This document shows positions 1-13,688 of a DNA stretch of 64,000 nt, in pieces; the stretch's first letter is position 1; every line of letters begins with the position of its first letter. A program made the translations under genes and the position numbers. The stretch is from assembly GCA_964276515.1 (NCBI GenBank), contig OZ193909.1, positions 20,274,001 to 20,338,000 on the forward strand, written 5' to 3'. The notes beneath the pieces were generated by a model that was not told where the DNA came from, made no database searches, and saw only the letters and a program-made list of their open reading frames with translations. Source of the DNA: Gordius albopunctatus (taxonomy: Eukaryota).

Positions 1-279
1 CTTCTAGCGAGACTTACATATATCTAGACCGTACCCAAACCCGTTGAGTTATTTTACGGCTCGAGGTAGGGCCCGTTGTTTTAATTTAAAGCAAGGCTTA
101 GTTTTTAGGTCTGTCCACGGGCTAGTTTATATCATTCTTCCTGCTAACCCATCCGTTTTTGGGTCGTTGGGGGTCGATTTAATGTGTTTAATATTTTTCG
201 GATAAAAAAATTTTTCGAATTCTGCAACAATGAATTGGGGACTGTTATCTAAAACTATCTAGGTTAATATGTCAAAACG

Positions 280-900
280 GCAAGATTAATTCCATAACTG
301 TCTTATCAGTTGTGGTAAAGTCGCAATGTTCATTGTTGCAACTTCAACCCCTTTTGTTATAGCATCAATTTGAACTAATAGATCAATGCCTTCGATCGGA
401 ACACTAATATCTATATGATCTCTCTCCCAAATCTGTTATATCCCAATAATTGAAAGGAACCTCTTTTTCGGCCAGACGGATCTCTTGACACCCATCTAAT
501 ATTTTTACATAAATATCTATGTCGTGATCCATCCCTAGCTACCAAACATATTATCTAGATGGTGACTGTGTATTTACTAGAGAAGAACCTGAGTCCGATC
601 ATCTCGACATACTGTTCCTTTTGATAACTATAAGAGAACTTGATGCCCAAAGATCTGATTGCTATGATTTACATTAAAATATTTAGGAAGCAAAACCTGC
701 TTACCAGAACATTAATGGATGGATAGATTAGGGTTTTCAAGGAGACGTGAATTCAAGCTCTAAATGTAAATTGGAAACGTGAGAAGCTTGTGTTTAAACC
801 ATCCACACTTTTGGGCGTTCAATCTTCATTTAAAGACTCTATGGTATAGCTGACGATACAAGCTAGTAAAATGTGTTTGATATTATAAGGACTTGATTGC
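280..900 (-). mobile_element. Degenerate Ty3/Gypsy pol (integrase) remnant
   Basis: Manual minus-strand translation gives MDHDIDIYVKILDGCQ...QIWERDHIDISVPIEGIDLLVQIDAITKGVEV. This matches the Gypsy integrase zinc finger/core start (DI..YVK.C..CQ...PWER.HID..GP....LV.VDA.SK..EV). It contains stops. Confidence 0.6.
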
Positions 901-1510
901 ATAGTCATCCACTTTTCTTTGCTTAAATAGTTTTTTTTTATATTTTATATATCTTATGCATCATTTTTGGCTAATATAATTTAAAAAAATTGGAAAAATC
1001 TATGTCATTATTTTACATTATTTGTTTTTATGAGATAGCGTTGCCACAAAAAGTGCATCGTTTACCAACTAAAATACCTATTTAAAGGACATTCTTCAGT
1101 GAAGATCAGATGTAAAAATGAAATTATTTCAAGGAAAAATTATATGTCTGCAAGTGAGCCTTTAAAACTTGTAAAGTCTTTATAACAAACCTATTTACAC
1201 CACCCATTAGTTTTATTGATGTTGGTTTTTCCTCCAAAAAACTTCTTAGTGAAAAGCATAACAGTTTCATTCGGTGGCTTCAGTTATCACAAAGGCATTA
1301 TTCACAATTGATTATCATATAGTGTGCTACAGAAAACAACGGACCGCCTAAAGCCTATAAGTCATATATATTTCATAGAATGGGATGGGATATAGAGAAA
1401 TTGAAAAGATGGACAGATGTGTTTAGGCGTTATGGGTCTTATTAAATTGTATAAAATTAGGCATTGAAAGAAATTTATGCGTTTCAGCTATGTTGCGTCC
1501 ATTGTCTTAA

Positions 1511-2160
1511 TTGATTTGGAACTTAATTGACACATTTACATTAACTTACTACTTCGCGACGTTAATTGACCAATCAAGCATACCTCGCGGATTCACCAGT
1601 AAATGTAATTATTTGTTCATACCTCGCGGAGGCACCACTAAACTTAATTGCTTTATTCAAGTAATTCACGGGTATATAAAGGAGTTTAAAACACTTCTTA
1701 CTCACTTACTTTTCTCGCAAACGATTTACTTTAATTGGATATACAATAAAGTAATTATTACTTTATCCTTCTGGTATTTACTTCCCGAAAGTGGTGACCC
1801 ACCATTGTTATACGCCCCCTTCTACCCTACCCTTACCCAACCCTTGTTATACGCAAACTTGTAAATGGATACCAACCAAGTTGATGAAGTCCAAATTAAA
1901 TCGGAAAACTCTATGTTTTCAAATTGCCTCCCTTCAATCGTATAAATCCCCGCTTATGGTTTGTCCAGATAGAGGCCCTTTTCACAATTCAACGAATAAC
2001 ATCTGAGTCTAGCAAACTTGGATACGTGATTGAATGCCTCCCACAAGAAGTCACAATAGAGATCCAAGACTATTTGAAAAATCTACCGTCTGAGGCTCCG
2101 CACACCACCATCCGGTCAGCTATTATTGACCGCACAACAAAATCGGACTCAGCAAGATAA
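1511..2160 (+). mobile_element. Gypsy (Mag-like) LTR remnant, primer-binding site and gag N-terminus
   Basis: TATA-like GGGTATATAAAG near 1670 and AATAAA near 1745, then PBS-like TGGTGACCC near 1792. ORF 1924-2160 (PPFNRINPRLWFVQIEALFTIQRITSESSK) is a typical Mag/Gypsy gag start. Confidence 0.7.
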
Positions 2161-2279
2161 ATTGCATAGCAATTAAAAATACTCAGGACTTCTACTGTTT
2201 AAAAGTTACTAATGAATATCCCTACAAAAATTGCAACAAGGAATTTGATATGTTGCATCATCAACGCTCCATTGCAAGT

Positions 2280-2780
2280 TCAATAAATATCGCTTTATCC
2301 GTCATCAAAAGAAGAACCTTTTGATTTAATCGATTTTAAGAACGCGGGAATGTCCTCCATAAAACCATCCGATCATTCTCTAAAGGGTAGGGTGCGTCTC
2401 GGCGGAGCTTCTTTAATCCCATGGGGGGATGGTAAGATACTAGCTTGGGACTTTACCCGCGTTGATATGTTTGAGCCAGGCGCGTAGAAAGGAAGCAGAA
2501 AGCCGGAATTTTCTGGCCCCTTGACCAAAATTTGAAACTTTTTTTGAAGGTCCATGTCCTTTTTTAAGGTATAAAATCGATAGTAAATGTTCTGATAAAT
2601 GAAGAGGAGATTTTTCCAAAGCTGGGTTATATAGCGCCTTGAAGTTTCGCATATATTGTTAGCAAAATTTACTTGTGTTACATTATAATATAAATAAAAG
2701 TGTCAAAATTCTTTTTGAATTTTTCTTCCCCCTTGAGAAAATCCTGGCTACGCGCCTGGTTTGAGCCATCTAATTTTCTT
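2280..2780 (+). mobile_element. CRE-clade retrotransposon 3' fragment (family 2), split by a MITE
   Basis: Translates to HQRSIA...LKGRVRLGGASLIPWGDGKILAWDFTRVDMF|EPSNF, homologous to the RLE region of 58576-59412. Confidence 0.65.
2477..2758. mobile_element. hAT-type MITE
   Basis: TIRs CAGGCGCGTAG...CTACGCGCCTG with a perfect 8-bp TSD GTTTGAGC (2469-2476 and 2759-2766). Confidence 0.9.
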
Positions 2781-2781
2781 C

Positions 2782-3097
2782 TTTATCAGTTATTTGGTCC
2801 CACATTGGTGGGGTTTGTTTTGATGAGTCTCTTCCATCTTGACCGGGTTAGTGCCATGTCTTGACGAATCTCTTTAGTTTCCATAACTTTATCGACTTGC
2901 CTTTTCCACGTGATACGGGGTCGTCCTCTTCCTCTCTTCCCCGGTATTTTCATGTCTAGCACTTTTCGATTTACGTCATCCGGGTCCCTTCTTAGTATAT
3001 GCCCATACCACCTTAGCCGATTTTCGTTAATCATGTCCGCCATACATGCAATACCCATTTTTGTCATGAAAGAGTCATTCGTCATATGGTCGAGCTC
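2782..3097 (-). mobile_element. 5'-truncated RTE-clade LINE (C-terminal end)
   Basis: ORF 2786-3085 ENRLRWYGHILRRD...GKRGRGRPRITW is the RTE C-terminal signature. It is closely similar to 8565-8880. Confidence 0.85.
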
Positions 3098-3499
3098 TAA
3101 TAACAGTTTAAAACCCCCTATCTTCTACCAAAGATCGTAAAACACTTTATTACCGGATATTGCTCATTCTAAGATTTTTATTTAGCAAGAAAGCTTTGAC
3201 GTTTTTTTAATCCATAAGAGATGTCCCAATTCCAAATACTCACCAGCTTTATTTTGCGTCAAAAATCGGCGTTTTAATAGCGATATATATTTAAAAATCT
3301 TTACCAAACACATGACACTTGATGAATAGTTGTATGTTCATATAGTTTTTTATTTTATGTATCGTTTTAATAAAAGTATTTTAATTATAAAAATATCAAG
3401 CCTCTGGTTTGGGTTGATATATTAGTATACTATTCAAAAACTTAATACAATTTGATTAGAATGGGACAATATTTATATAACCTATATCATTTTTAATTA

Positions 3500-5357
3500 T
3501 TATGTCACAAAATCAAAAATTGATGGACGATAGGTGGTCAGGAGACCCCATATAGCATGAATCTTTTTATCCCACATAGGCAATATAGATTCCGAAAAAG
3601 TTTGTTTTTTGTTAAATGCTATGACCCTGTAATTTAAAATAAGAGAAGTCTTAATCTGTATCGAAAATTCGGTCTCTGTATCTATGTTGATGGGATTTGC
3701 AAAACGATATAATGCACAAGGTTTATCCCAAGGTTTTTCTATGGATGAAAGTAAATCTGACTCATCTAAAATTTTTTCATCTTTTATGAATACTTGAACA
3801 TTCAACTTGGGTGAAACATATTTTGTGGCAAACAAAAAGCCTTTGATTGTATGATTTCCTCTAAATGAAAACTGAACACAATCACTGAAGATAGTAATAT
3901 CTTTTCTAAGTTTTTCATATATGGCAAAAATCCAAACATTTTCAGAATTAGGATCATTGATAGAGATGGATTCAATCCATTTTTCTACAGGTTCATAAAA
4001 ATCAACTAGCCTTTCTTTCTTTTTAACTTGTTCGTAAGGAAGTTTATATTTTTTTATTAAGTCGAAAAATTCCTGCACTTGTTTCTTAGGGTATTTTATT
4101 GCTTTTATTATATCCACTCCAATAATTTGTTTAACTTGTAGAAGTTGATCATCTGAGCTCTTATCTTCAATCTTGTTGTGAGCCCATTTAATAATTGCTT
4201 TTAATAAATTCAGTTCTGAAGCCTTGATATTAATGTTCTTAAAGTATTTGAGAACATCTTCAGCAGACATTTGTAGAAATGTTTCTCCTTGTATAAAACT
4301 ATAAGCGTCACAAGTTAGAACCTTTGGATTTGAGAAAAAAATATATGTTACTATTTACAATTGTGGCTAATCAAATGTGGTGCATATTATATGATATTTA
4401 AATAACTAAATTTAAAATACTTAAGATGGTTATATTATTAAAATAAAATTGTAAATATACACATAAAAGAGTTTAATTATAGGGAATTTATATTGTTTTT
4501 ACTTGAAAATGAGAATATAGAAAATTAGCAAAAATAAGATTAACACTTTTTAAATTAGCAAAACCAAAAAAGGTACATATGAGAATTTTTATATAAACAC
4601 TTTATTAATAAATAAATATTTATTGCTGTTTTTGTCATGAGGTTAAAAAACTTTTTTCTTACCATCCAACATTTTCTTTCACTTATTTCTGGAAAAATAT
4701 GTCTCTGGGTATAATAGAAATAGGCATTTTTCACAGTCATTTCTTTATATATTTTATATATCAAAATTATCCTAATGTCATCACACATATACTTTTTAAC
4801 AGCATAGAGAAGGTCTAATAAAAATTCTGCATCATTTATAGTGATGGTTGGTAGTGAAAGGACTTTACAAGGGTTATATATACAACTTTTGACAAAAGTG
4901 AATATTTTACATGTTAAAATAAATAAATACTTTAAAAAAATGGAAAATACATAAGATTTGATGTCAACAATGTCAATATTTAACAGATTTTCTGCAGGTA
5001 CTAAAGCCTCCCGCATTTGGCCAGTAAACATTGTATTAAATACTGGACTAAATTTTGATAAATACAGTCTGTTAGCTTTGTGAACACTTTTTATATTATC
5101 ATCTATAATCTTAAACCAAATATAACAACATTTAGATGGCATACCGTAAATTGAACATCATGTAATGAGTCTTTTCCCTCATACCTTTTGTGCAATGAAC
5201 TTAAAATATGTTGTACCATAACTTTGGGTGTATCATTTAATAAAAATCCTGAATTATTTAATTCATTTATTTGACCGAAAACAAACCTAGTTTGTAATTA
5301 TAAATATTTATTGTAACAAATAGTATGATTGCAAATATATTACTCTTTTATTTCCAT
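3500..5357 (-). CDS. BTB/POZ-BACK protein with possible PHR-like C-terminus (BTBD1/2/3/6-like architecture), multi-exon
   Basis: Predicted ATG at 5357 (MEIKE|FVFGQ...LHDVQFT|IIDDNIKSVHKANRLYLSKFSPVFNTMFTG, a BTB motif). Also LLYAVKKY, a BACK-like FLQMSAED...SELNLLKAIIKWA segment and GT-AG introns. Stop at 3500. Confidence 0.8.
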
Positions 5358-5685
5358 GAAAAAGATATTATAGATTAAATGCAGATAAAAACAAAATTTT
5401 GAATAAAAAAATTTTTGTGGTAAGCCGCTTAAACCTGAGATTAGTCAAAATAATCACGTGATATTATTATAAATCGTTTTCGTTGGTTACATCAGAACAT
5501 TAAGATCTTTGAGACTAGAATATGTTGTATATTCAATCCATTATTGTGTAATTCTTTGTATAAAACCGGTGGATATGGATTGATAAAGTAGTATAGTTTT
5601 TTTTAGATAAAGTTAGTTTATTACTATATATCTAAACATAATATTAAATGATACAATTATATAATAATGATATATAAAAAAACAT

Positions 5686-7640
5686 TTATATGAGTAATAT
5701 GTCTTCATCTTCCTCTTTTAGAAAAGGCCAGGAGTCCAAAAAAGATTTGAAATTAAATTTTTCAATTAAGATGGCTATTGATTGTTCCAATAAAAATGCG
5801 GGGGAATATTTGGAGGGAGGGGATCGCCTGCCTATTTCTTTGAATAAAGCCAACGCCATTTTTCCATAGGATCCTGAAGAGGAGGAAACTATTGGGATGA
5901 AAATACTAGAATCCAAAAGGGGCCTTGTATTTTTGGAGCTTTCGTTCTTCAGTGAGGGACATGGGGTCATAATTAAGATTAGAGGGGACAAATAGGTCTA
6001 TGCATGTAAAATTCCACTTTAAAAGGAGAAAATTTTCCCATGTGACTAGCGAGGAACCGTCAGGACGCATTCGACCTTCAAGTGCAGGATCTGAAGGTTC
6101 TAGTATGGATTGAATTTGGGCTTTTCTAAGGGCTGACTGGATAATAGAATTGATTTTAGAGTGTCGCAAGTGTCTAAATTTATTAAGTCTGCAGTGTAAC
6201 GGGTGGCGTGCTTCTTCATCAGGCATATGCCTTGGTGTATTTTAGTCCAAGGCTTGGTGCTATATTGTAAGATAGCTTGCAATCCTCTAACATCATATTG
6301 GAAAACTTGCTAGGAAAAGCCTCTAGCCATTCATGTGTTGTTTATCTACTCTACTACTACTATTACCAAAACAAAAACACGCACTTAATTCCTAGTGTTG
6401 AAGATAAGGGAGGGCGCCCTCAAGTCTGGTGTAATTTGTCAATGTAAAAGATAGGGATAATTAATTTTGTATATAATTTAAAAAGTAAAAGTGCTACGAT
6501 AAAAAAAATTGTAAATACATTCTTCTCCCCTATATCTACGTATTAAATCTATTAAATAAATTTTTACCGACTAATTTGCAAGTTATTGACGTTTGAAAAA
6601 CGCTAAAATCGCGTTTTTGGCAACTTTGACAGCCAATATTTAAAAAACTTGACATAATAGGTAAAAAACTAAAAACATATTTGTGTCTACCAGAATCTCC
6701 AAACAGTTTTCCGGTTAATTTTTCTTGTTGAACCGTGTAATTAAATCGCAAAATTTAGTTAGTGCAGAATTGAAGTATTGATATTTTCAATTTTAATAAG
6801 ATCTTGAAGATAAACTGGTTTGATACCATCCAAACCTGCAGCAGAGTCTATTGGAAAGGAATGGATAGCTTCACTAATTTCTGAGGATTCTAGGGTTAAG
6901 TTGCAGGCACAAGGGGGAAGCAATACTGAGACAAATGTTTTGGGTGTTTGGCAAGGAGGTGTTCATATGATTCCTGACTAGGGGTTACAATTTGATTGTT
7001 CTCCTCTAAATGTCTCATAGCTCCTTTTATGTCAAATGAGTGAATTTTGGATATCCTAGTTGCTGTTTGTTTTGGAGTTGAAGATATTAATTTTCCTTCA
7101 TCAGGTGTATAATCTTTAAGTGTATTATTAATTTAAAAATTCAAAATTTCATTTTTAATTTTTTGTGATAGGTTTGTTTCCTTAGATTTGGGTGGGGCCA
7201 AAATGTGATAACAGAATTTGATTAATTTTTCCCATGCAACAATGATGTTTGGATTACTTATGATAGTATTTAGCAAGTTTATTAAAAATTGTTGCAAACA
7301 AGGTCGTGCTCCTCTTGGAATTCTGGAAATCGTGGGGGTGAAGCCATGTGCCAAAAGGACTTTACTCCATGTTGAATCCAGAGGCTCATCACTGTAATAA
7401 GCATTATTAGGAGTAGCTGGGAATGTATTACAGTTAGTTATAATGTCAATATTATTATTAGATTCAATTTCTAGTGCTGTAGGAGGAAATATTATGTTTG
7501 GGGGAGCTAGCTTACCAGATGAAGGGCATTTAGCTGATAATGGGCCGTGGGGGACAAAACAATTTTTTTGTTTAAACAAATGTTTCTCTTATATGTAGGG
7601 CATAGAGATTTAAGTGCTACCATGGGTGTAAGGTGAGAAA
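5686..7640 (-). mobile_element. CRE-clade non-LTR retrotransposon (family 2), internally deleted and interrupted
   Basis: N-terminal ISRIPRGARP...AWEKL, then FPIDSAAGLDG, and RLE motifs HPLHC...RH...EPSDPALEGRMRPDG...KYKA...F.PIVSSSSGSYG. Frameshifts are present and most of the RT is missing. Confidence 0.8.
6560..6740. mobile_element. Tc1/mariner-like MITE end (second copy at 36180-36375)
   Basis: About 180 bp shared with 36180-36375, ending ...TTCTTGTTGAACCGTG-TA, a TA-flanked CACGGTTCAAC terminus. Confidence 0.5.
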
Positions 7641-7650
7641 TAAAGATTAA

Positions 7651-8266
7651 CCCTCGAGAGCATTCCTGAAAATCCCGAACGCGAGAGCATTCGTGGGGTA
7701 TATTTAACCCCATTTTTTAACTTCTTTTTAATTTTAAAGTAATCATTTTAAACCTTTCAAATTTTAAATATGTGTTTATAAAGGTCTTAAGATTAATTTT
7801 ATAAATTTTAATATGAATCTAATCTACATTACAAAACTTATTAACGATTTTCTGGACCCCCATTTTTATTTTGGTTATTTTAGAGCTTCCCCTCATTTTA
7901 CCTCTTGACATCATATACCTTAAAATAAATCAAAATAAACGTGATTTTTTATTACAAAAATGTTTAAAATGTATTAAAAACACAAATGTGTAAAGATATC
8001 ATCAAACGAAAAAAAATATATACATTTTTTCCAACAGAAAAAAACTTACGTGAGAGCATTCTTGGGGTACACAGGACCCCTGTGGCCAATAAGATGCTAT
8101 ATTTTAAAAAGTAGTGGGCCAAAAGTTATAAAGTTTTCCTCAAATTTAGTTCTTGGTAAAATATTAGGTTACTGAAAAGGCAAGATCAATTCGCTTTTAA
8201 ACGCGTTTTATATTTAAGTTTATAACTATTGCGGGGTCCGTGGTACCCCACAAATGCTCTCGAGGG
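7651..8266. mobile_element. piggyBac-type MITE
   Basis: TTAA|CCCTCGAGAGCATT...AATGCTCTCGAGGG|TTAA: 14-bp TIR, TTAA TSD and internal GAGAGCATTC..GGGGTA subterminal repeats. Confidence 0.92.
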
Positions 8267-8561
8267 TTAATAAGAATTTCAAAAGTGCAAGATTAAAATT
8301 TACAGGGTATGTGTTATATTGTTATTATGCCTTTATGCAATAACATAAGTCTGTTTATTCTCAGATTTAATTGGTATACAGCAAAAGTAAAAAGTTATTA
8401 TGCAATACAAATTTAACCCTTTAAGGTGAGATCAGGGAGTTCATAAATGAGCACAGTAAAATATAAAATCGGTGGGTTTGGATATACAAATCAACCGATT
8501 TTATATACTATTTATTTTAGTAAACGCAAGCATTTGCAAAGTGCGTTAAATAACATAGTCT

Positions 8562-10200
8562 TTATTAGTTATTTGGTCTCACGGTCTTGGGGTTTGTTTT
8601 GATTAGTTTATTCTATCCTGACCGGGTGAGTGCCCTATATTGACTAATCTCTTTTGTTTTCATTACTTTATCGACTTGACCTTTCCACTTGACACGGGGT
8701 CGTCCTCTTCCTCTCTTCCCCGGTACCTCTATGTCCAGTACTTTTTGATTTACGTCATTCGTGTCCCTTCTTAGTATATACCCATACCAAATTAGCCGAT
8801 TTTCGTTAATTATGTCCGTAGGTTGAATACCCCTTTTTGTCATGAGCAGGTAATTCTTCATATGGTCCAGTTTAGTATACCCCGAACTCCACCAAATTAT
8901 TCTCATCTCTGTAGCCTGTAATAGCTTTTCTTCCGTGGTGTTTAATGCCTATGTTTCACTTACATAGAGTTTTCTTGTCGCACATTACACCGGATATACT
9001 TCGCCATTTATGCCATCCTCTTTGGATCCGGACATTAACTTCCGTTGCACAACCTCCCTCTTGATGTAGCATCGAGCCCAGGTATGTAAACCTGTATACT
9101 TTTGGGTACTTTAGATGGTCATCCAGCGATGGGCTGCCTGTACCGTTCTTTTCCATGTTCACTGTTTTTCGATCGTTGACCTTTAAACCATATCCAGTTA
9201 AGCGTTTTGACGACTTTTCGGCTTTTTCGAATACTTTCTTCCTTGTTTCCTCGCATAGTACTATATCATCGGCATAAAAAATAGACCATGGCGATGGCTT
9301 GAACGTCCCTCGTTATCGTGTCTGTAATTATATTAAATAAAAAGGGACTTAAAGAAGATCCTATGTAATCCTATTTTAACCCGAAAGGGTTTAGAGTCTC
9401 CAACTGTCGTCCTAACGCAAGAGTTTGAGGCTGCATAAATATTTTTCATAAGTGATATATATACGTCAGGAATATTTTGTTTTCTCAGGCACCACCATAT
9501 TAAATCGCGGGGGACCGTGTCATAAGCTTTCTCCGAGTCGATTAATACCATATGTAGGCCTTTTCTCTTTTCACCATACTTATCCATCATTTGTTCTAGT
9601 GCAAAGATTGTGTCGATTGTGGATTTGCCGGCCACAAATCCGAATTGGTTAGCCGATATTTTTACCTCGTTTTCAGCCTTGTTACTAAGATCCTTTCCAT
9701 AAGCTTCAAGGAGTGGCAAGTTAGCTTGATACCTCTGTAATTGCAACAGTCTTGAGGGTCTTCTTTGCCCTCAAATAAAGGTATAATCGTGCTTTCTCTC
9801 CATTGATTAGGAATTCGCTTTTGGACTAATATCTTTTTAAGGAGGTTCGCCACGGTAGTTACTCCTTCTTTACGACATCCGAGCAATGCTTCCATAGGTA
9901 TTCCATCTGGGTCATTTGCTTTTCCTTTTTTTTTCTTGTTCATTTGTGTCCTAACTTCATCCTCTTGAAAGAGTTCGACCATACTTATACCTAACTCAAT
10001 TTTGGGAAGGGAATCCTTGACATTTGCAATATTCATAAGGTTTTTAAAATATAAATAAGGTATGACCCTATTCGTTTTTGACTATTTTAAGAACTCCGAC
10101 ATCGCGACTTTTCTTTCCCCTTATCTTGGCCAATTTTTACATAAGCCTATCGCCACCCTTTAGGATTTTATTCGTTTGCGGTCTCGGTGTATTCTTTGCT
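8562..10200 (-). mobile_element. RTE-clade LINE, 5'-truncated and frameshifted RT
   Basis: GKANDPDGIP, NYRGIKLTCH, NQFGFVAGKSTID, DSEKAYDTVPR, a FYADD-type motif near 9265-9280, FTYLGS and RLIWYGYILRR. Confidence 0.9.
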
Positions 10201-10516
10201 ATTGCAACTAGTGGTGGGAAAAAGATAGGCGTGAGTCACGCCCAGGTCATCTTAGGCTGGGTTAAGGATTTCTTAAAAACCTCTAAGGTCTTTTAGAAAC
10301 GCCAACGTCTGCATGAAGGTTTAAAGTAGAAATTAATCTTAAACCTCGACGTCAATTGAGAAGCCTAAGGCTTAGGTTAGAGCGTAAAATTAATCTAAAC
10401 GCTATTGGGTTGATCAATATATAAAGCATAAAGCTTAAGATTCAATTTTTTATATACTGTAAACTTTAAACTTAAATATGGTCATTTAGCACTTTGTCTT
10501 ATTTATTTTTTACATA

Positions 10517-10850
10517 TCTTATATATAAACATGAAACTATGTGTGTGTATATATATGCCGCCACCAATTTCGGAAAACTACCAGACCGATTTGGCTCAAA
10601 ATTTCACAGTTTATTCCTGACACTTCGGAGCATGTTTTAAGATTTGTTCGAGCCAAATCGGTCCAGTAGTTATCGAGTATTTGTACGCGTTGCACTTTAT
10701 ACTGAAATAGAACAATAGAAGTAAAACATATAGACATCAAACTTTATTTTTACTTCAATAACCGCTTTATCATCATATATGCCCTAAAATTCCAACATAA
10801 TTTAATACACCCGGGTAAATGGCAAAACAACGTTTGCCGGGTTCATCTAG
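10517..10850 (+). mobile_element. Non-autonomous Helitron (complete)
   Basis: A|TC 5' end, 3' hairpin GGCAAA...TTTGCC then CTAG|T, and no TSD. A second copy lies at 38825-39650. Confidence 0.85.
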
Positions 10851-10959
10851 TATAATATTAAATAGAAATTTTAAGATTTATTCAGATTAAAAATAAAGCA
10901 AACTAACGATAAAAATTTAACTTATACAACACCCCTAACAATACCCCTAGCAGTCATGA

Positions 10960-13655
10960 CAATCTAAATGTTGGACGCCAATCATGTGTAGACTCCAACA
11001 ATCATCCAAGCATTAAATGGGCAAAAAAACTTCATTTCCCAACCAAAACCTAACACACTAAATAGCAATCCTAGGGGAGCAAGTCAGCGCCTTTTTAATA
11101 AAATCCTTATGGCTATCAACAAAAATCCCGATAATCTAGAAGAATGGAGAAATCCTTTCACCATATGTTATCATACCTTATCAATACCACAACCTAAGGT
11201 CCCCCAATTATCCAAAACCATTAAAGAATCAATCCAAAGTTTTGACACAACTCACCCAACTGGAACCACCCAAAAGGAATGGGATTTACCACTGATAGCA
11301 CGTCCCATAGCTTACCTCACTTCGAACAACCTATCTTTGGGAAATCTCCACTTCAATTGGGCATCCTCCGTGGGTTAAGAATGGCTCGAGGCCCTACCAA
11401 GCCAAAACCTAGGGTTAAACCTGTCGGGCGAGGAACCTCAAATAGCTGTAGGCCTACGTCTCAGTTGCGACATTGTGTCCCCATTCATCTGCGACCTCTG
11501 TCGCCAACCCGTTTCAGCAAACGGCCATCATCCTCTACACTACCAATTCAGCAAGGAGCGGCATCCCCGTCATGCCACAATAAATAAAATAGTCGGATAA
11601 TTTTTAAAGAAAGCCGGCTTTCCCAACTCAATTGAACCCACTGGCCTAAGCTCCACTGATGGTAAAAGATCCGACGGTGTAACGATCATCCCGTGGGCTC
11701 GTGGCCTAAATGCCTGCTGGGACTTCACTACAGTTGATATATTTGCCAAATCTAACGCCTCTCCCGACCTCATCTCTTCCACTGAGAGAAATAAAGAAGA
11801 TAAATACAAATACCTAAGCAATATTATTTTCTTACCAGTAGTAGCCACGACACTCGGTAACTTAGGTCCCGAGGGTAGCAAATTCCTAAAACAAATTTCA
11901 AAATATATAACCTCCATTACACACGATCCCAAAGAATACTTTTTTATCAGGCAAATGATCACAATGGAAATCGTTAAATCCAACACGATTTCCATACACG
12001 GATCAATTCCATCCGATTCCCTGCAGAAATATCCCAACTTCCTTTTAGAGGAAAACTGTTGGACTTCTCAAAACCTGACCGATCAATTCGTCTCATCGCT
12101 AGAGGGTCAGTTTTAAACAGAATCGCTTTCAAATTAATCACAATCAAAATTCGCGCCGATTTGGCATGTTCCCTTCTCCCCAACCAATTAGATTTCGAAG
12201 TCAAGGGAGGTTGCGAAGCAGCCGCTCATACGGCCCGAATTCTCTTTGAATCATCACCCCAGACAGATCTCTTAGTCAAACTCGACTTTAAAGATGCCTT
12301 TAACATCTTCAATAGGGCGGCATTCCTTACACCCTTCCAGAAAGCATACCCACAATTTTATTCATACGATCTCAACAGTTATGGAGCCCCATCATTTCTT
12401 ATGTTTGGGGACAAGATAATCCCCTCCTCTAGAGGGATACAGCAAGCCGATCCCCTTGACCCAGTGCTTTTCTGCCTAGATATATAGGGCATCATCAAAA
12501 AACTGTCTAACACAGGTAGCTTTTCTTGCAACCTATGGTACATGGACGACGGGTTTTTAGTGAGCCCCGGAAATGAATAAAGTAAAATACACCGATTATT
12601 GAATCCTTTTCAGATTCTATAGGCCTAGAACTCAACCATTTAAAGTGCGAAATATATAACAGAGATACTTCATAAGATCCCACAACACCCCCCTTTCCTG
12701 TCCTCACTCTTGTAGGGGCACCGCTGGGTGAACCAATATCTTCCCAACGCTTTTTGGCTAAAAATTTTTAACTTTTATAGAGGCCGTCAACCTACCCTGC
12801 AAAAATTTATACCTTCTTATGCCTTCTATTTGGCTAAGAATTTTCTGCTAATCCCAAAAATATATCACACCTTACGTGCATCACCTATCTTTGACTACCC
12901 CGAGCAACCAAATTTTATCGAAAAAAATATTCAGACTCTGTTAGAAACCTGCTTAAATATAAAGTGTACTCCAGTCAAATGGCGCGAAGCATTCATCCCT
13001 TCTAAGAGTGGGGGAGATCTCCGCAAAATATAGCATTAGCGGGTTTTATATGTTCGCGCATGAGTACCGACCCCTTCATCTCTGCCATCATGATATCCCT
13101 CCCAGACTCCCAACTCCAGGAGGCTCTCCACATGTGGGACCTAGACAAGCTCGAGTCGGCCGAACGACCACTCGGAGTGACCCAAATGGAATGGGACCTT
13201 CCCCTGATAGCACGTTCTTTAGCTTATATTTCTTCTAACAAACTATCTCAGGAAAAACTCCTTTTCAATTGGGCTTCTTCAAAGAGCGGTTACGAATGGC
13301 TCGAAGCTATCCTGAGCAGGAATTTCGGACTCCATATATCTGGGGAGGAGTTACGCATTGCCATAGGCCTCCGTCTCTGCTGTGACCTTATATCCCCTTT
13401 CGTATGAGTTCTCTGCAAACAGCCGGTCCAACCCAATGGTCATCATCCCCTTCATTGCAAATATAACGAAGGCCGCAACTCCAAGCCCACGGCGATCAAC
13501 AAAATTATCGCCCAGGACTTTAGGAAAGCTGGCTACCCAAACACCTAGAAGCCTGTTGGTTTTAGCACAACTGACGGGAAAAGACCAGACGGCGTCACAC
13601 TCATTCCATGGTCCCGTGGACTGAATTCACTTAGGAATTTACCACGGTTGACATA
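10960..13655 (+). mobile_element. CRE-clade non-LTR retrotransposon (family 1), rearranged or nested copies
   Basis: KPDRSIRLIARG, NQLDFEVKGGCEAAAH, KLDFKDAFN and GIQQADPL (RT). The RLE block (QxEWDLPLIAR...HPLH...DGKR.DG.T.IPW.RG) appears twice, at about 11265-12020 and 13180-13650. Confidence 0.85.
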
Positions 13656-13688
13656 TTTAAACCCCTCTTCCGGCTTCTCTATTTTCGG

